From positions 1 to 64,000 of the IMG/VR virus record IMGVR_UViG_3300010399_000035: a DNA stretch of 64,000 bases; one strand, 5' to 3'. The position numbers and the translations under genes are program-made. Below the pieces are notes generated by a model. The model saw only the letters and a list, made by a program, of their open reading frames with translations, was not told where the DNA came from and did no database searches. Numbering within the stretch: the first letter of the stretch is position 1; every line of letters starts with the position of its first letter. This document shows positions 38,044-47,420 of the stretch, piece after piece. Source of the DNA: a virus.

Positions 38044-40197
38044 CTATACGTCGATCGCTACCTTATCATCCCAGGACGACACGCAACGCTTAAACTCAAC
38101 CGGCATGGGGACATCAATGCGGCCTTCGTTGTCGGACATGATATCAATCATGCCGCGAACCAGCCAACGGTAGGCATCTTCCTGGTGTACTTCGAAGATG
38201 ATTTCGTCATGCACTGGCATGACAACGTAGGCGCGAGCGCCAACCTCCTTGAAGTACTTCTCGCACCGGACCATGGAATCCTTCACCATACAGGCTGCGG
38301 TGGATTGAATCATGTAGTTGACCGCTTTGTAAGGCTTATCTTCCTCGATGTGAACCTTACGACCGTATGGGTTCACGATGTACCCATCCCGCGATGCTTG
38401 CTTGATGAGCATATCCATATACTGCCGCATCTCTGGGAGCGCTCCGCTCAGTTCGCGGAGGAATTGGGTGGCTTCCTGGAGCGAACAGTAGAGGAGCTCC
38501 GTAATGGTGCTTGGCCCTCCACCATAGATCATAGCGAACATGATGACTTTTGCTCGACCCCGACTGTTACTCTTGCCGACGGACTTCTCTGCCTTGACGA
38601 TGTCGTAGTTATGTCTGGCCAGAAAATGGTCCGCCAACTCCTGGGAGCGTTGGGAGTAGAATCCATAGGTCATAGCGGCCTTGGAGTTCCACTCATACTC
38701 CTGCCAGAGCGCGGCCACTTCTGGGGACGAAGGTTCGTTTCGACCTAGGTCCAGCGCATACGAAGCCGCCTTCAACGCGGAGGGATTGTTGCGCCCACCC
38801 CAAGCCTTGTTTGCGCAAGCGGAGTTGGGGTCTCGTCCGGCGGATATCTCTTGGAGTAGGAAGGGGATTTGCCCAATGGAGGCGAAGAGACGCAACTCCT
38901 GCTGTGCATAATCTCCAGCGTACCAGACGTGACCAGCACGAGGGCCGAAAGGTATCCTTGGACGATAAGAACCAATGTTCGCGTGTGCTGTCTTCGGGTT
39001 ACCGACTTGCTGTAAGTTCGGATTGTTGCAACTGAGCCGGAACGTGGTAGTTCCGCATTGATTCACCGATGGGTGGACGCACATACCTCCCGGTGCCAGC
39101 GGGTCCGGCAGCATGAGTTCAAGATACTTATCGAAGAAGAGTTTGATCGCCTGCTCCGCAGCCCGGTAGCCTACGAGCTCCAACACGAACGGTTCCGTCA
39201 TGAGTTCGCGGAGGGCATTCTTGTCGGTGGAATATTCGCCGCTGTCCGATGTTCGCGTGGTCGTTAGGCCTAATCCACCTTGCTCTGGCGGGTTGTACAG
39301 CAAGCGGCGAAGCTGAAGCGGAGAGTTGGGATTGAATACCAAGTCTTCAAGACTAACTACAGTGGCATATGCTTCTGGACTGTGCGGCCGCAGCCCTTTC
39401 TCTTCAATCATCCGCAACATCGATTGATGGTGCTTGTTCAACGCCGTTCGTGCCTTGGCCAATTCCTCTTTGACTTTTTCTGGTGAGAGTCGCATCCCTC
39501 GGCGTTCCAACTTCACCATGATCGGCCAGAGTTCACGCTCCGCCTCGTACCCCGCTGCCAGCAGAGGATCGTTGGCGAACTTCTCCTGATAGTAGAGATG
39601 TAGCCCCATGGTACGGAAGGTATCCATGCGACAGTACTGCTCGCAGCCTTCGGAATCCAGATTGAAGCACTTAGGGAGCCAGTAGTCCTGTTCCGCTACT
39701 TCGCCAAGTTTAATTAGCGGAGAGTTGGTTTTAGCAGCTTGCCGATTGAGCGATTGGCAATGTCGCCGCCACTTCTTCACTTCCTCGCGAAGGGTAGACT
39801 CATCGTCGATCGGGATGCCGAGATACTTGCGGGCGAGCGGCTTGAGTTGGTAGGTATACTCCAGATTGTAAGCCACGCGGGCCTCAATGTGGGTGTCGTG
39901 GATTGGCCCGGCCATGGGGATACCCAGTGTCTCCAGCATGAAGCAGTCGAACTTCGCATTATGGAAGATTTTCGGTAAGTCGCTCCGGGCACACAGTGCC
40001 CGAAGCCACTCTATATCTTCTTCCACCACTTCTGGTTCCCTGGTATACGGATCCACACCCCACTCCACATAAGCGGTGTTGCCATCTTGATCGCACAGTC
40101 CCACGGCGAACGGCTTATCGCCGTGCCAATGCATAATTCCGCTTGTTTCGGTGTCTATGGCGACAGCTTCGGTTGGGTTGAACTTGCCTATGTCCAT
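38044..40197 (-). CDS. polA: DNA polymerase family A (3'-5' exonuclease plus polymerase)
   Basis: DTET, FHNAKFD, YCRMD; DYAQQELR, RAKVIMFAMIYG, VHDEI. Confidence 0.95.
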   Translation of the reverse strand: MDIGKFNPTEAVAIDTETSGIMHWHGDKPFAVGLCDQDGNTAYVEWGVDPYTREPEVVEEDIEWLRALCARSDLPKIFHNAKFDCFMLETLGIPMAGPIHDTHIEARVAYNLEYTYQLKPLARKYLGIPIDDESTLREEVKKWRRHCQSLNRQAAKTNSPLIKLGEVAEQDYWLPKCFNLDSEGCEQYCRMDTFRTMGLHLYYQEKFANDPLLAAGYEAERELWPIMVKLERRGMRLSPEKVKEELAKARTALNKHHQSMLRMIEEKGLRPHSPEAYATVVSLEDLVFNPNSPLQLRRLLYNPPEQGGLGLTTTRTSDSGEYSTDKNALRELMTEPFVLELVGYRAAEQAIKLFFDKYLELMLPDPLAPGGMCVHPSVNQCGTTTFRLSCNNPNLQQVGNPKTAHANIGSYRPRIPFGPRAGHVWYAGDYAQQELRLFASIGQIPFLLQEISAGRDPNSACANKAWGGRNNPSALKAASYALDLGRNEPSSPEVAALWQEYEWNSKAAMTYGFYSQRSQELADHFLARHNYDIVKAEKSVGKSNSRGRAKVIMFAMIYGGGPSTITELLYCSLQEATQFLRELSGALPEMRQYMDMLIKQASRDGYIVNPYGRKVHIEEDKPYKAVNYMIQSTAACMVKDSMVRCEKYFKEVGARAYVVMPVHDEIIFEVHQEDAYRWLVRGMIDIMSDNEGRIDVPMPVEFKRCVSSWDDKVAIDV

Positions 40198-40217
40198 TAT
40201 ATAGTCGATTCGCTAGT

Positions 40218-40270
40218 CGCGGAGCATCTCTCCCAGAGAATGGGCCATCCTCTGGCAGAGGCGCTCCGCG
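40218..40270. repeat. Palindromic motif dimer upstream of polA
   Basis: CGCGGAGCATCTCTCCCAGAGAATGGGCCATCCTCTGGCAGAGGCGCTCCGCG. Confidence 0.95.
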
Positions 40271-40276
40271 TGCCAC

Positions 40277-40594
40277 CTATAGTACCCAGAACTTATCGTA
40301 CAATGCTAGTGCGCTCGCCCGTTCGTCGAGCGTCATAGCCCGAAGTAGGTTAATACACCGCTGGCACACGTCGGCAAGATGGGTGGATTCTGTCGGGTCG
40401 GTTCGCGCTTGGTTAACCTGCTGCTGGCAGAAGTCTAGGTGATCATCTTCGAGGTTCCAGTCGTCGATCACGATATGTAAGTGGCCACCTGTACTGTGTA
40501 AATTGTATACCTCAGCAATTGCGGTGGCCGATTGGTATACCAAGGTGTTGTCGAGCATAGGAGCGCCATACTTCTGCCAGCAGCCGTAGCACAT
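40277..40594 (-). CDS. Hypothetical protein
   Basis: MCYGC...GGHLHIVIDDWNLED; TAATG overlap with SDR. Confidence 0.55.
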   Translation of the reverse strand: MCYGCWQKYGAPMLDNTLVYQSATAIAEVYNLHSTGGHLHIVIDDWNLEDDHLDFCQQQVNQARTDPTESTHLADVCQRCINLLRAMTLDERASALALYDKFWVL

Positions 40595-41349
40595 TAGACG
40601 CCCATCCCTCCCGGCATAGTCAGTACGGTGCCGGAGCACTGTTCGGGCAGACTGTTCACGGCGAAGTCGTACAGCTTCCAGACTTCCTCGAAAGTACATC
40701 CGCGTCCGAATGGGCTCTGGGAGAAGTACTTGGTGGCTTGCTCTTCGGACATGCCCCGCGTCCGCTGGAGCTCACGGATGGCTTGCGCCTTCATCTCCGT
40801 GTCGTCAATGCCGCCAGGGGCGATGGAGCACACAACGATGGGCAACCGCCCCGCGAACTCCTTCGCGAAGACCTTCGTCAAGGCATCCAGTCCAGCCTTC
40901 GAAGCACAGTACCCAGGGCTAGCTCGGAGGCTAATTTTGGTGCCCATGGACGAAGTGTTCACAATGCGGCGAAGTCGTTCTCGGGGGACGGATTCGTCGT
41001 TTTTAACTCGACGGGCGAATTCCCGGCAGAAAAGGAACGGAGCCACCAGGTTCACATTTAAAACGGCGCTGAAATCCCCCAAGGAATGGTTCTCGAGGAA
41101 GTCGATCTTGGTCATGCCTGCATTGTTAATGAGGACGTCGATTGGGCCACCCATGGAAGCTTCAGCCTGGTCGAAGATGTGGTTAAGTTCTTCTTCGAAC
41201 GAGTATGGTTCGGGGTAGGTGGCGTTGAAGTCGCTCTCGAAGTCCGGTCCGCCCAAGCCCACGCCGAACACCTCATGCCCTTGCTCCAGCAGTCGTTCCC
41301 GGATATAGGCTCCAATGCTGCGCGAGCAGCCTGTCATTAAGATTCTCAT
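40594..41349 (-). CDS. Short-chain dehydrogenase/reductase (SDR)
   Basis: TGCSRSIG, LINNAG, NTSS, YCASK. Confidence 0.9.
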   Translation of the reverse strand: MRILMTGCSRSIGAYIRERLLEQGHEVFGVGLGGPDFESDFNATYPEPYSFEEELNHIFDQAEASMGGPIDVLINNAGMTKIDFLENHSLGDFSAVLNVNLVAPFLFCREFARRVKNDESVPRERLRRIVNTSSMGTKISLRASPGYCASKAGLDALTKVFAKEFAGRLPIVVCSIAPGGIDDTEMKAQAIRELQRTRGMSEEQATKYFSQSPFGRGCTFEEVWKLYDFAVNSLPEQCSGTVLTMPGGMGV

Positions 41350-41702
41350 TCTTTCCGTTCCCTTCTAGTGTCTACCTGCTTCGACAAGCGGGAGAAATTC
41401 TCCATATCGTCGTAGGTGTCTTCGTTGTAGTCGTACGGTCGAGCCGCACGGACAGCCTTGATCATGACCATGACCAATCCCGCTACATGTGGCGGAATGG
41501 CGTGTGGTAGCTTGATGTTGTAGTGTGCCTCGATGAGTCCAGTGAGCGCGATGCCCGTAGCGCGGAAGGAGTCGTTGGCGTCGCCGTAGACCTTGGACCT
41601 CTCGGCGGTGATGGCGTCTAGCTTTCCGTTGCCATTTAAATTGCGTTTAGAGCCATTTACAGGCGACTTGGGCGGTTTGGCGAAGGAAGCGCTGTGGCTC
41701 AT
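41346..41702 (-). CDS. DUF6378-like phage protein
   Basis: ERSKVYGD..F, MVMIKAVR, EDTYDD. Confidence 0.65.
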   Translation of the reverse strand: MSHSASFAKPPKSPVNGSKRNLNGNGKLDAITAERSKVYGDANDSFRATGIALTGLIEAHYNIKLPHAIPPHVAGLVMVMIKAVRAARPYDYNEDTYDDMENFSRLSKQVDTRRERKE

Positions 41703-42934
41703 GATTGGTCTCCTGGAAGGCCATTCATGGCGTCGAAGCCCCACACTTCGGAGAACTTGGCCGCGTTACGTTCCAGCATCTCGGCTTCGACGGGTCGGGT
41801 GGGGGTCCAGTTGCGGATATCCTTCGCCTGCTCAAGGTCATCTCGACCGTTACGCGCCATCCAAGCTGGGTTGTCTATTCCGCTAACTTTTCCGGAGAGC
41901 GCATCGTCTACAGCCTGCAGTGCCTCTTCCGTCTGATATCGTATGAAAATGGGGCAAGGTGGCATACCATCACTACCCTGGATCCGCTCCACATTCGTCC
42001 CGGCGACGGGGCAGCCAACGTACTTCCCCTTCTTGATGCACTTGGGCAAGCCTACCACCGCGAAGAGCGGATCGACTTCCACCAAGCATTTGCGCATGCC
42101 CATGATGACAGGTTCCCAAAGGCCAGCCTGTGCGACCCAAGATGCGCGCTTCCCCAGAATATGGATCATCGCGGCCAGATTCACGCTCCACGTGATGTCT
42201 CCGGTGGCACCGACGGGGACGAGTTGGCGGCAGTCTTCGATGTGGACTCCTGCTTTCTGCAACTTGCGGTATGCGTCCTGTAGCTGCTTCATTACATCCC
42301 GGTAGAACTTCTCCGCCGGAATTGGCGCTGGTACCCAACCATTCTCTCCGTCGTGGACGTGGTTCTCTACCATCTTCCCCTTCAACGACTCCGGCACTAT
42401 GTACCGACCTTCGTCGTAGAAGGTATCGAATGGGATTACACGCGAGGTCTGCGCCCACCAACTCGAATCGTGGAAGTTGGGAATCTGGTCCATGTGCTGC
42501 AACCCCTCCCCAGCCAATAGGTGCTGTATGGGTTCGGGGATGATATCCACCCCAACACGCGGATCCAACTTCGTGCCCAGACGATGGCGCACCAACTGTT
42601 CGCGGAGGGAGATCGGGATACCTTGCAGATGGAAGACGAAGTTGAGGTTCTCTACAACTGGGATGCTCTCGGCGAGGATCATCTCGACTTCGGCGCGGAT
42701 GGAAGCGGCGCAGTCACGAACTGCGTTGGTATCCTTATCGAATCCAAGCATTCTACAGTCGGACAGGACTGCATCGTGCTTCCAACCAAAGGTTGGCATT
42801 CCGTCCTTACTGGCTTTCAGAATGCTTTCTATATCCTCGGGGCTCGGCAGTGGCTTGTTCGAGCGCGACTGACGCCAAATGTAGAACAGCGTGCCAACAG
42901 GGTGGGATGGGGCGGAGATGAGACTGACTTTCAT
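41699..42934 (-). CDS. thyX: Divergent ThyX-like flavin-dependent thymidylate synthase
   Basis: REQLVRHR; QTSR after an insert; EDCRQLVP...VNL..HILGKR. Confidence 0.75.
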   Translation of the reverse strand: MKVSLISAPSHPVGTLFYIWRQSRSNKPLPSPEDIESILKASKDGMPTFGWKHDAVLSDCRMLGFDKDTNAVRDCAASIRAEVEMILAESIPVVENLNFVFHLQGIPISLREQLVRHRLGTKLDPRVGVDIIPEPIQHLLAGEGLQHMDQIPNFHDSSWWAQTSRVIPFDTFYDEGRYIVPESLKGKMVENHVHDGENGWVPAPIPAEKFYRDVMKQLQDAYRKLQKAGVHIEDCRQLVPVGATGDITWSVNLAAMIHILGKRASWVAQAGLWEPVIMGMRKCLVEVDPLFAVVGLPKCIKKGKYVGCPVAGTNVERIQGSDGMPPCPIFIRYQTEEALQAVDDALSGKVSGIDNPAWMARNGRDDLEQAKDIRNWTPTRPVEAEMLERNAAKFSEVWGFDAMNGLPGDQS

Positions 42935-42960
42935 GATTCTCGGTTCCTTTTTAACGGCTT

Positions 42961-42987
42961 GGCTATCTTCTGGGAGAGATGCTCCGC
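42961..42987 (-). repeat. Dispersed motif copy upstream of thyX-like
   Basis: rc GCGGAGCATCTCTCCCAGAAGATAGCC. Confidence 0.95.
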
Positions 42988-42990
42988 AGT

Positions 42991-43308
42991 TCACGTAACG
43001 GGTACTTTGGCGGCGGAGGTTGGTGGGAAGTCCATCCAGCCGTGCTCGACAATACGGACATCCCAGTATTCAGGCATTTCGGCGCACATGAGCTCGGCAG
43101 ACTCGCGGTCCGCGAAGTGGAGTCCTTTGTTGGGATCGGTGGTCCAGCAGACGCCTTGGGTGTGCTGGTCGATCCGCCACGATATGAATCCGGTGACTCC
43201 GTTCGGTGTGTCCGCGATTAGTTCCGGAGTGTACTTGTCCAGGCGCGGTTCGAATGGCGTGCCTTGGAAGTACTGCTCGATCATCCAACAGGTTTGTCCT
43301 GGTTCCAT
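42991..43308 (-). CDS. Hypothetical protein
   Basis: WTTDPNKGLHFADRESAE; in operon. Confidence 0.5.
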   Translation of the reverse strand: MEPGQTCWMIEQYFQGTPFEPRLDKYTPELIADTPNGVTGFISWRIDQHTQGVCWTTDPNKGLHFADRESAELMCAEMPEYWDVRIVEHGWMDFPPTSAAKVPVT

Positions 43309-43340
43309 AATTTCTCTTCTGTGGTTGGGTCGGGTTGGAG

Positions 43341-43964
43341 TTACAAGCTAATGGAATGCCCTGCCCGCTTCATGATTTCCTTGACGAGCTCCACCGTCTG
43401 GTCAACTAAGGGACGGATGAAGTCGTACCGAGGGTTCATGAATATGGCGGTGTAGTCGCGCATAGTTTGGTAGTTTTCTACCACGGTGGAGTTAGCGTTC
43501 GTGACCTCAGCGTAGAGGTAGCTCACCACGGACAGGTAGTCGGCGAAGGCTACGATGGCACCCTCGTTAGTGGAGTCCTTCGCGTTGGCCCACATTACCG
43601 CCATGCGCGTGGCGTAGGTCGGGTCTGGGTAGAGCACACTAATGAGGGTCTCTATCTCCTTTTCCGCAGCTGCATCCAACGCATCTTTAAGTTGCGGATT
43701 GGAGTATTTGAACGGCCTCTGAAAATCGCCTGTGCGGGCTTCGTCCATGTCGTGAATCAACGCACGACGGAGCACCTGCAGTTCGTCAACGTCGGTGCGG
43801 TGGGTCTCCTTGCGAATCCAATCGCAAATGAACATGGAATAGACGGCAACGTACGCGGTGTGCTCTGCAACATTCTCCCGATGCAACACCAAACTGGTCG
43901 AATGCCGGTTCACATAGCGAAGCCGGTTCACGTCGCCCGTCAGCAGTGTTCGTATGTTTAGCAT
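43341..43964 (-). CDS. HD-domain 5'-deoxynucleotidase (YfbR/DatZ-like)
   Basis: ENVAEH, LIHDMDEARTGD, FAD. Confidence 0.85.
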   Translation of the reverse strand: MLNIRTLLTGDVNRLRYVNRHSTSLVLHRENVAEHTAYVAVYSMFICDWIRKETHRTDVDELQVLRRALIHDMDEARTGDFQRPFKYSNPQLKDALDAAAEKEIETLISVLYPDPTYATRMAVMWANAKDSTNEGAIVAFADYLSVVSYLYAEVTNANSTVVENYQTMRDYTAIFMNPRYDFIRPLVDQTVELVKEIMKRAGHSISL

Positions 43965-44683
43965 TCGGCCTCCACTTCAACCATACGCGGAGTATCCTCT
44001 CCAGAGGAGGGCCCAGTTTCTGGTAGGGTTTCCTGCTGGGCAGCCCAGGCTTCGCAAACGGACCAGTTGAAGTGTTGGGCCTTCACCGGCAAATTAGCGA
44101 GCTCACCACTGATGCCATATACGCTGGTGAGACGGCTACGATCGTAGATAGAGTTGGGGATGCAGCCGCTGAGTTCGGAGTCCAGGAACAGTGCCAACCT
44201 GGAGTACCCAGACAGGAGCCCGTCGCAGCCATGCGTCAACATAACGTTCAAGTGCTCAGCCTTCTTCGTTGGGTGGAAGCCGACGACAAGCTTGCCTAGT
44301 CCTCTGGCCGTACCCATCTCCCAAACTGTACCTGTGTCGGGGAGTTCGAGCTCCCTTATAGGCACGGTGATATCCACCTTCAAATCGGTGTATTCGCTGT
44401 GCTTCGGTTCCAACTTGCAAGCGCAAATGCGCTCGTTCGGCGGTAACGCATACGCAAGCACCGCCAAGAGCAAATCACACTCCTGGATGGACTGCTCGTT
44501 CCAGTTGAAGAGGGGGAGCCAAGCGGCAGGATTCTTGCGCTGGTCCTTCGGGGGTAGGAAGGGCTCGCTGCCGAGTCGAGGGGAGAGGAATTCGTGTCCG
44601 GCAGAGGTGATTATGTCTTCAATTGTGGCAATGATGCCGCGTTGGGGCTCGTTGAAGAGCGGTGCGGCTATGTAGATTTTCAT
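43958..44683 (-). CDS. Nucleoside 2-deoxyribosyltransferase-like N-glycosidase
   Basis: IYIAAPLFN, DTGTVWEMG, LNVML. Confidence 0.85.
   Translation of the reverse strand: MKIYIAAPLFNEPQRGIIATIEDIITSAGHEFLSPRLGSEPFLPPKDQRKNPAAWLPLFNWNEQSIQECDLLLAVLAYALPPNERICACKLEPKHSEYTDLKVDITVPIRELELPDTGTVWEMGTARGLGKLVVGFHPTKKAEHLNVMLTHGCDGLLSGYSRLALFLDSELSGCIPNSIYDRSRLTSVYGISGELANLPVKAQHFNWSVCEAWAAQQETLPETGPSSGEDTPRMVEVEAEC
43987..44033. repeat. Degenerate palindromic motif dimer
   Basis: GCGGAGTATCCTCTCCAGAGGAGGGCCCAGTTTCTGGTAGGG. Confidence 0.8.
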
Positions 44684-44704
44684 TATACTCCTTGAACGGC
44701 TTAC

Positions 44705-44737
44705 CCAGGGAGTAGCGCCTACGGCGCTACTCCCTGG
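44705..44737 (-). terminator. Perfect 15-bp hairpin after SSB gene
   Basis: CCAGGGAGTAGCGCC-TAC-GGCGCTACTCCCTGG. Confidence 0.6.
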
Positions 44738-44761
44738 TTTAGTTGTGCAACGAACAAACGA

Positions 44762-45505
44762 CTACGCCGTTGGAACTTCCAAACCTTCCGGTTCGACTTC
44801 GAGATCGGAGTAAGCCACTTCATGCTTCACGAACTTTCCGTTCGCGCCCGGCACCTTGATCAGGGCAATCTCGGTATCGTCGTCGAGGGAGTCCACGGTG
44901 CCTTCGGTGCGAGCACCGTCCAAGTCGAAGAAGGCCTTCATGCCCTTGCGGAGCTCTACTTCCTCTGGAGCAGAAGGTGGTTGCTGCGCCGAAGGCGCGG
45001 CAGCCGACTGCTGCACACCATTGGAAGTTGCGGGGGTTGGCCGCTGCACTGGGGCCGGTTCCCCTTCGTCTTCGGCATTGTAGTTGGGGAGCAACTTCAC
45101 GACCCTTAAGTTCTGAAAGTCGGAGTTGGGTGGGGTCTTGAGCGTGATCTTCATCACCAGGTGCTGCTCGACGAGATCTTCCAGTACGGTCTCGAGTTGG
45201 GTCAGGTCAATAGCGGCAGCATCCACACCTAGTGCGGAGAGTCGCCACACCAGCGGCTCCAGGCCACGCTGGCCTTCCAAGCCCAAGTACTCGTACTTCG
45301 TGGTGCCAGCCTTGTCACCTTCGAGGAAGGTGTAGCCCCAGCGGATCTGGATCTTACCGGAGTTCTTGGACTCGTCCAAGTCGGCGCTGGTGAGCTCCGC
45401 AATGTAGGAGCCGTCCGGTGGGTTCTCGAAGTTGCCCTTCTTGGCCTTCTCGACGGTTTCGGCCCATTCTTGGTTTGCGTTCTTGAGGAATCTGTTGAGG
45501 TTCAT
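44762..45505 (-). CDS. DUF669-like single-stranded DNA-binding protein
   Basis: PPDGSYIAE..SKNSG; follows Sak4; acidic C-terminus. Confidence 0.7.
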   Translation of the reverse strand: MNLNRFLKNANQEWAETVEKAKKGNFENPPDGSYIAELTSADLDESKNSGKIQIRWGYTFLEGDKAGTTKYEYLGLEGQRGLEPLVWRLSALGVDAAAIDLTQLETVLEDLVEQHLVMKITLKTPPNSDFQNLRVVKLLPNYNAEDEGEPAPVQRPTPATSNGVQQSAAAPSAQQPPSAPEEVELRKGMKAFFDLDGARTEGTVDSLDDDTEIALIKVPGANGKFVKHEVAYSDLEVEPEGLEVPTA

Positions 45506-45599
45506 TCCATGTACCCTTTACCTTTTCGTAGGTATACCTTTGCGTAGATTTGTTGACATTGTGGTGCCGGTCGTACAGCTTGAGTGCAGGTAGTTTTTA

Positions 45600-45626
45600 G
45601 GCCCCTCTTCTGGAGAGAGTCTCCGC
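45600..45626 (-). repeat. Dispersed motif copy (intergenic)
   Basis: rc GCGGAGACTCTCTCCAGAAGAGGGGCC. Confidence 0.9.
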
Positions 45627-45662
45627 AGTCCATAGGTAGTTGTGTGCGCATAGCGCAACCAA

Positions 45663-46571
45663 CTATCGCCTTCCGGCAGGAAGCTTCGCCTTCGTCTCAG
45701 AGAGGCCGGTGCGGACCTTCGGTTCCATCGTGTCCGCTTGGAGGTTATTGAAGGCGTCCAAGATGTTGGAGTAGCCTTCGGCGGCTGAAGCGCCCATGGG
45801 GATAGAGTGGATTCGCTGTTTGGGATCCTCAGAAGAAACGAAGTGACCATCGACGCGATGGCCGGCATCAACCATATCGCTCCCAGAAATCGTGAGCAAC
45901 CGGTCGTGACCGTAGTAGCCGTAGTAAGCAATGATGTCTACGAAGCCGGTCACGAACTTGCGCGCTTGTCCGGGCATGGTGGGGATAATCTTGTTGTACT
46001 TCCCGCCAGAAGCTTCCTGGAATTCGGACTCCGTGGCGTGGCTGAGGAACATCACGCCACGCCCTGTAGCAATCAGTTCCAGAATGGTGCTGGTGAATTC
46101 CTGCTTGATGATGCTCCAGGTCTTGCCGAAGTCGTTGTTGTCGGAGGGGTGATCGAAACCTTCGCGTCGCCCCACGAACTGCACGCACCGCTCGTAAGCG
46201 ATGTCAATCGTGTCGATCACGATGGTGGAATACTGACTAGTGCCCTTCAGCGCCTTCAGGTAGCCTTTGAAAGCATCCCAAGACGGACACTCCACTTGGT
46301 AGATGGAGAGCCCCTTGCCGCCAGGCTCGAACATCATGAAGAGTGCCTCGGGGAATTGAGCCGCCAGGGAGGTCTTGCCAATCTTCCGCTCCCCGTAGAT
46401 GAGCCAGGTGTAGTCGCCGAGTTCCGGTTTGGGTTCGGAGCGAGTGGTGGGCAAGGCGAAGGCCCCACCGCTAGATTGGGTGGGGGTAGCACCATTAGAT
46501 GGTGCGAACCGGTTAGTGTCGGTTGGTGGCTGATTGAGCGGGGTACTACTTCTTACGGGGACGGATGCCAT
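45663..46571 (-). CDS. Sak4-like AAA ATPase (ssDNA annealing)
   Basis: YGERKIGKT Walker A, IVIDT Walker B, FLSH. Confidence 0.8.
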   Translation of the reverse strand: MASVPVRSSTPLNQPPTDTNRFAPSNGATPTQSSGGAFALPTTRSEPKPELGDYTWLIYGERKIGKTSLAAQFPEALFMMFEPGGKGLSIYQVECPSWDAFKGYLKALKGTSQYSTIVIDTIDIAYERCVQFVGRREGFDHPSDNNDFGKTWSIIKQEFTSTILELIATGRGVMFLSHATESEFQEASGGKYNKIIPTMPGQARKFVTGFVDIIAYYGYYGHDRLLTISGSDMVDAGHRVDGHFVSSEDPKQRIHSIPMGASAAEGYSNILDAFNNLQADTMEPKVRTGLSETKAKLPAGRR

Positions 46572-46890
46572 TGAAATACATCTCCTTTAACTGCTTTACT
46601 GACGGTGGTTGGCTACGCTGTTGGTCTATGAGCGGGATGTCAACATCGTAGCGTATGTAAATGAAACGACAGTCTTCATGGTGAGGTCGGTGGCGGTTGG
46701 GGCACTGGAGGCGGAGCTCGGATGGCGTTAGCTTCTTGAAGAGACCTTTAGTGTCGTCTTCCCTTTCCAACACAACCGTAGCCCCACAAGCTGAACACCT
46801 TCCAGTTCGGCCAACCCACCACTTGTTAGGTAGACGGGTAGGGTTCAGCTTGTGGGGTTGGGTGGTTGGGGCGGTTGCACTAAACGACAT
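46546..46890 (-). CDS. Zn-ribbon hypothetical protein
   Basis: CSAC...CPN..C. Confidence 0.45.
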   Translation of the reverse strand: MSFSATAPTTQPHKLNPTRLPNKWWVGRTGRCSACGATVVLEREDDTKGLFKKLTPSELRLQCPNRHRPHHEDCRFIYIRYDVDIPLIDQQRSQPPSVKQLKEMYFNGIRPRKK

Positions 46891-47179
46891 CGGTACCTAC
46901 CAAAGGTTCACCGTCCGTGCCGACCGCGACCACATTCTGCTCCTGAAGGATCCGCTGATCCTCTGGAGAGAGTTTGGGTTGCTTGCCTGCGGCCTTGCGC
47001 TCCGCAATGGCCTTAGTGCAAGTCGGGCAGAGATCGATAATCGACTGCAGCTTCCAACCTGCAGCGACGGCTTGCTGCTTCGCTTCGGCTGCCGAGGCAG
47101 CTTCGTAGTTAGCAGTGGAGCCCTCGTGCGGGTCGCCGTTGGAACACTGGAGCGAGAGAACGAATCTTCCGTTTTTCAT
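46880..47179 (-). CDS. Small Zn-finger protein
   Basis: C...AGW...DLCPTC. Confidence 0.55.
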   Translation of the reverse strand: MKNGRFVLSLQCSNGDPHEGSTANYEAASAAEAKQQAVAAGWKLQSIIDLCPTCTKAIAERKAAGKQPKLSPEDQRILQEQNVVAVGTDGEPLVGTDVV

Positions 47180-47420
47180 AATATCACCTACTTCCGTTGC
47201 GTTCGATACATATCCGAAGGTTGAGTTGTCTTAGTAAGTTCTTCCAGACACTTCGCTATTCGAGAGAGCGGTTCGTGGACGTACATCGCTCCCAGAAAGA
47301 TGGAGGCTGAAAGAAGAAAAATGGCGGAGGCTATCAGAAGGGATTCCATTTATCGAGCTCCAAGATATGAGCCAATGAAAATGGCTATGCAGCACGCGAC
47401 TATAAGAATAGGTTCCATAA

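Noticed and set aside
38570-38800. Intein or intron in polA (also the short TerL insert at about 1390-1500)
   Set aside because: Inserts are short, in frame and lack C/S...HN splice junctions or homing endonuclease motifs
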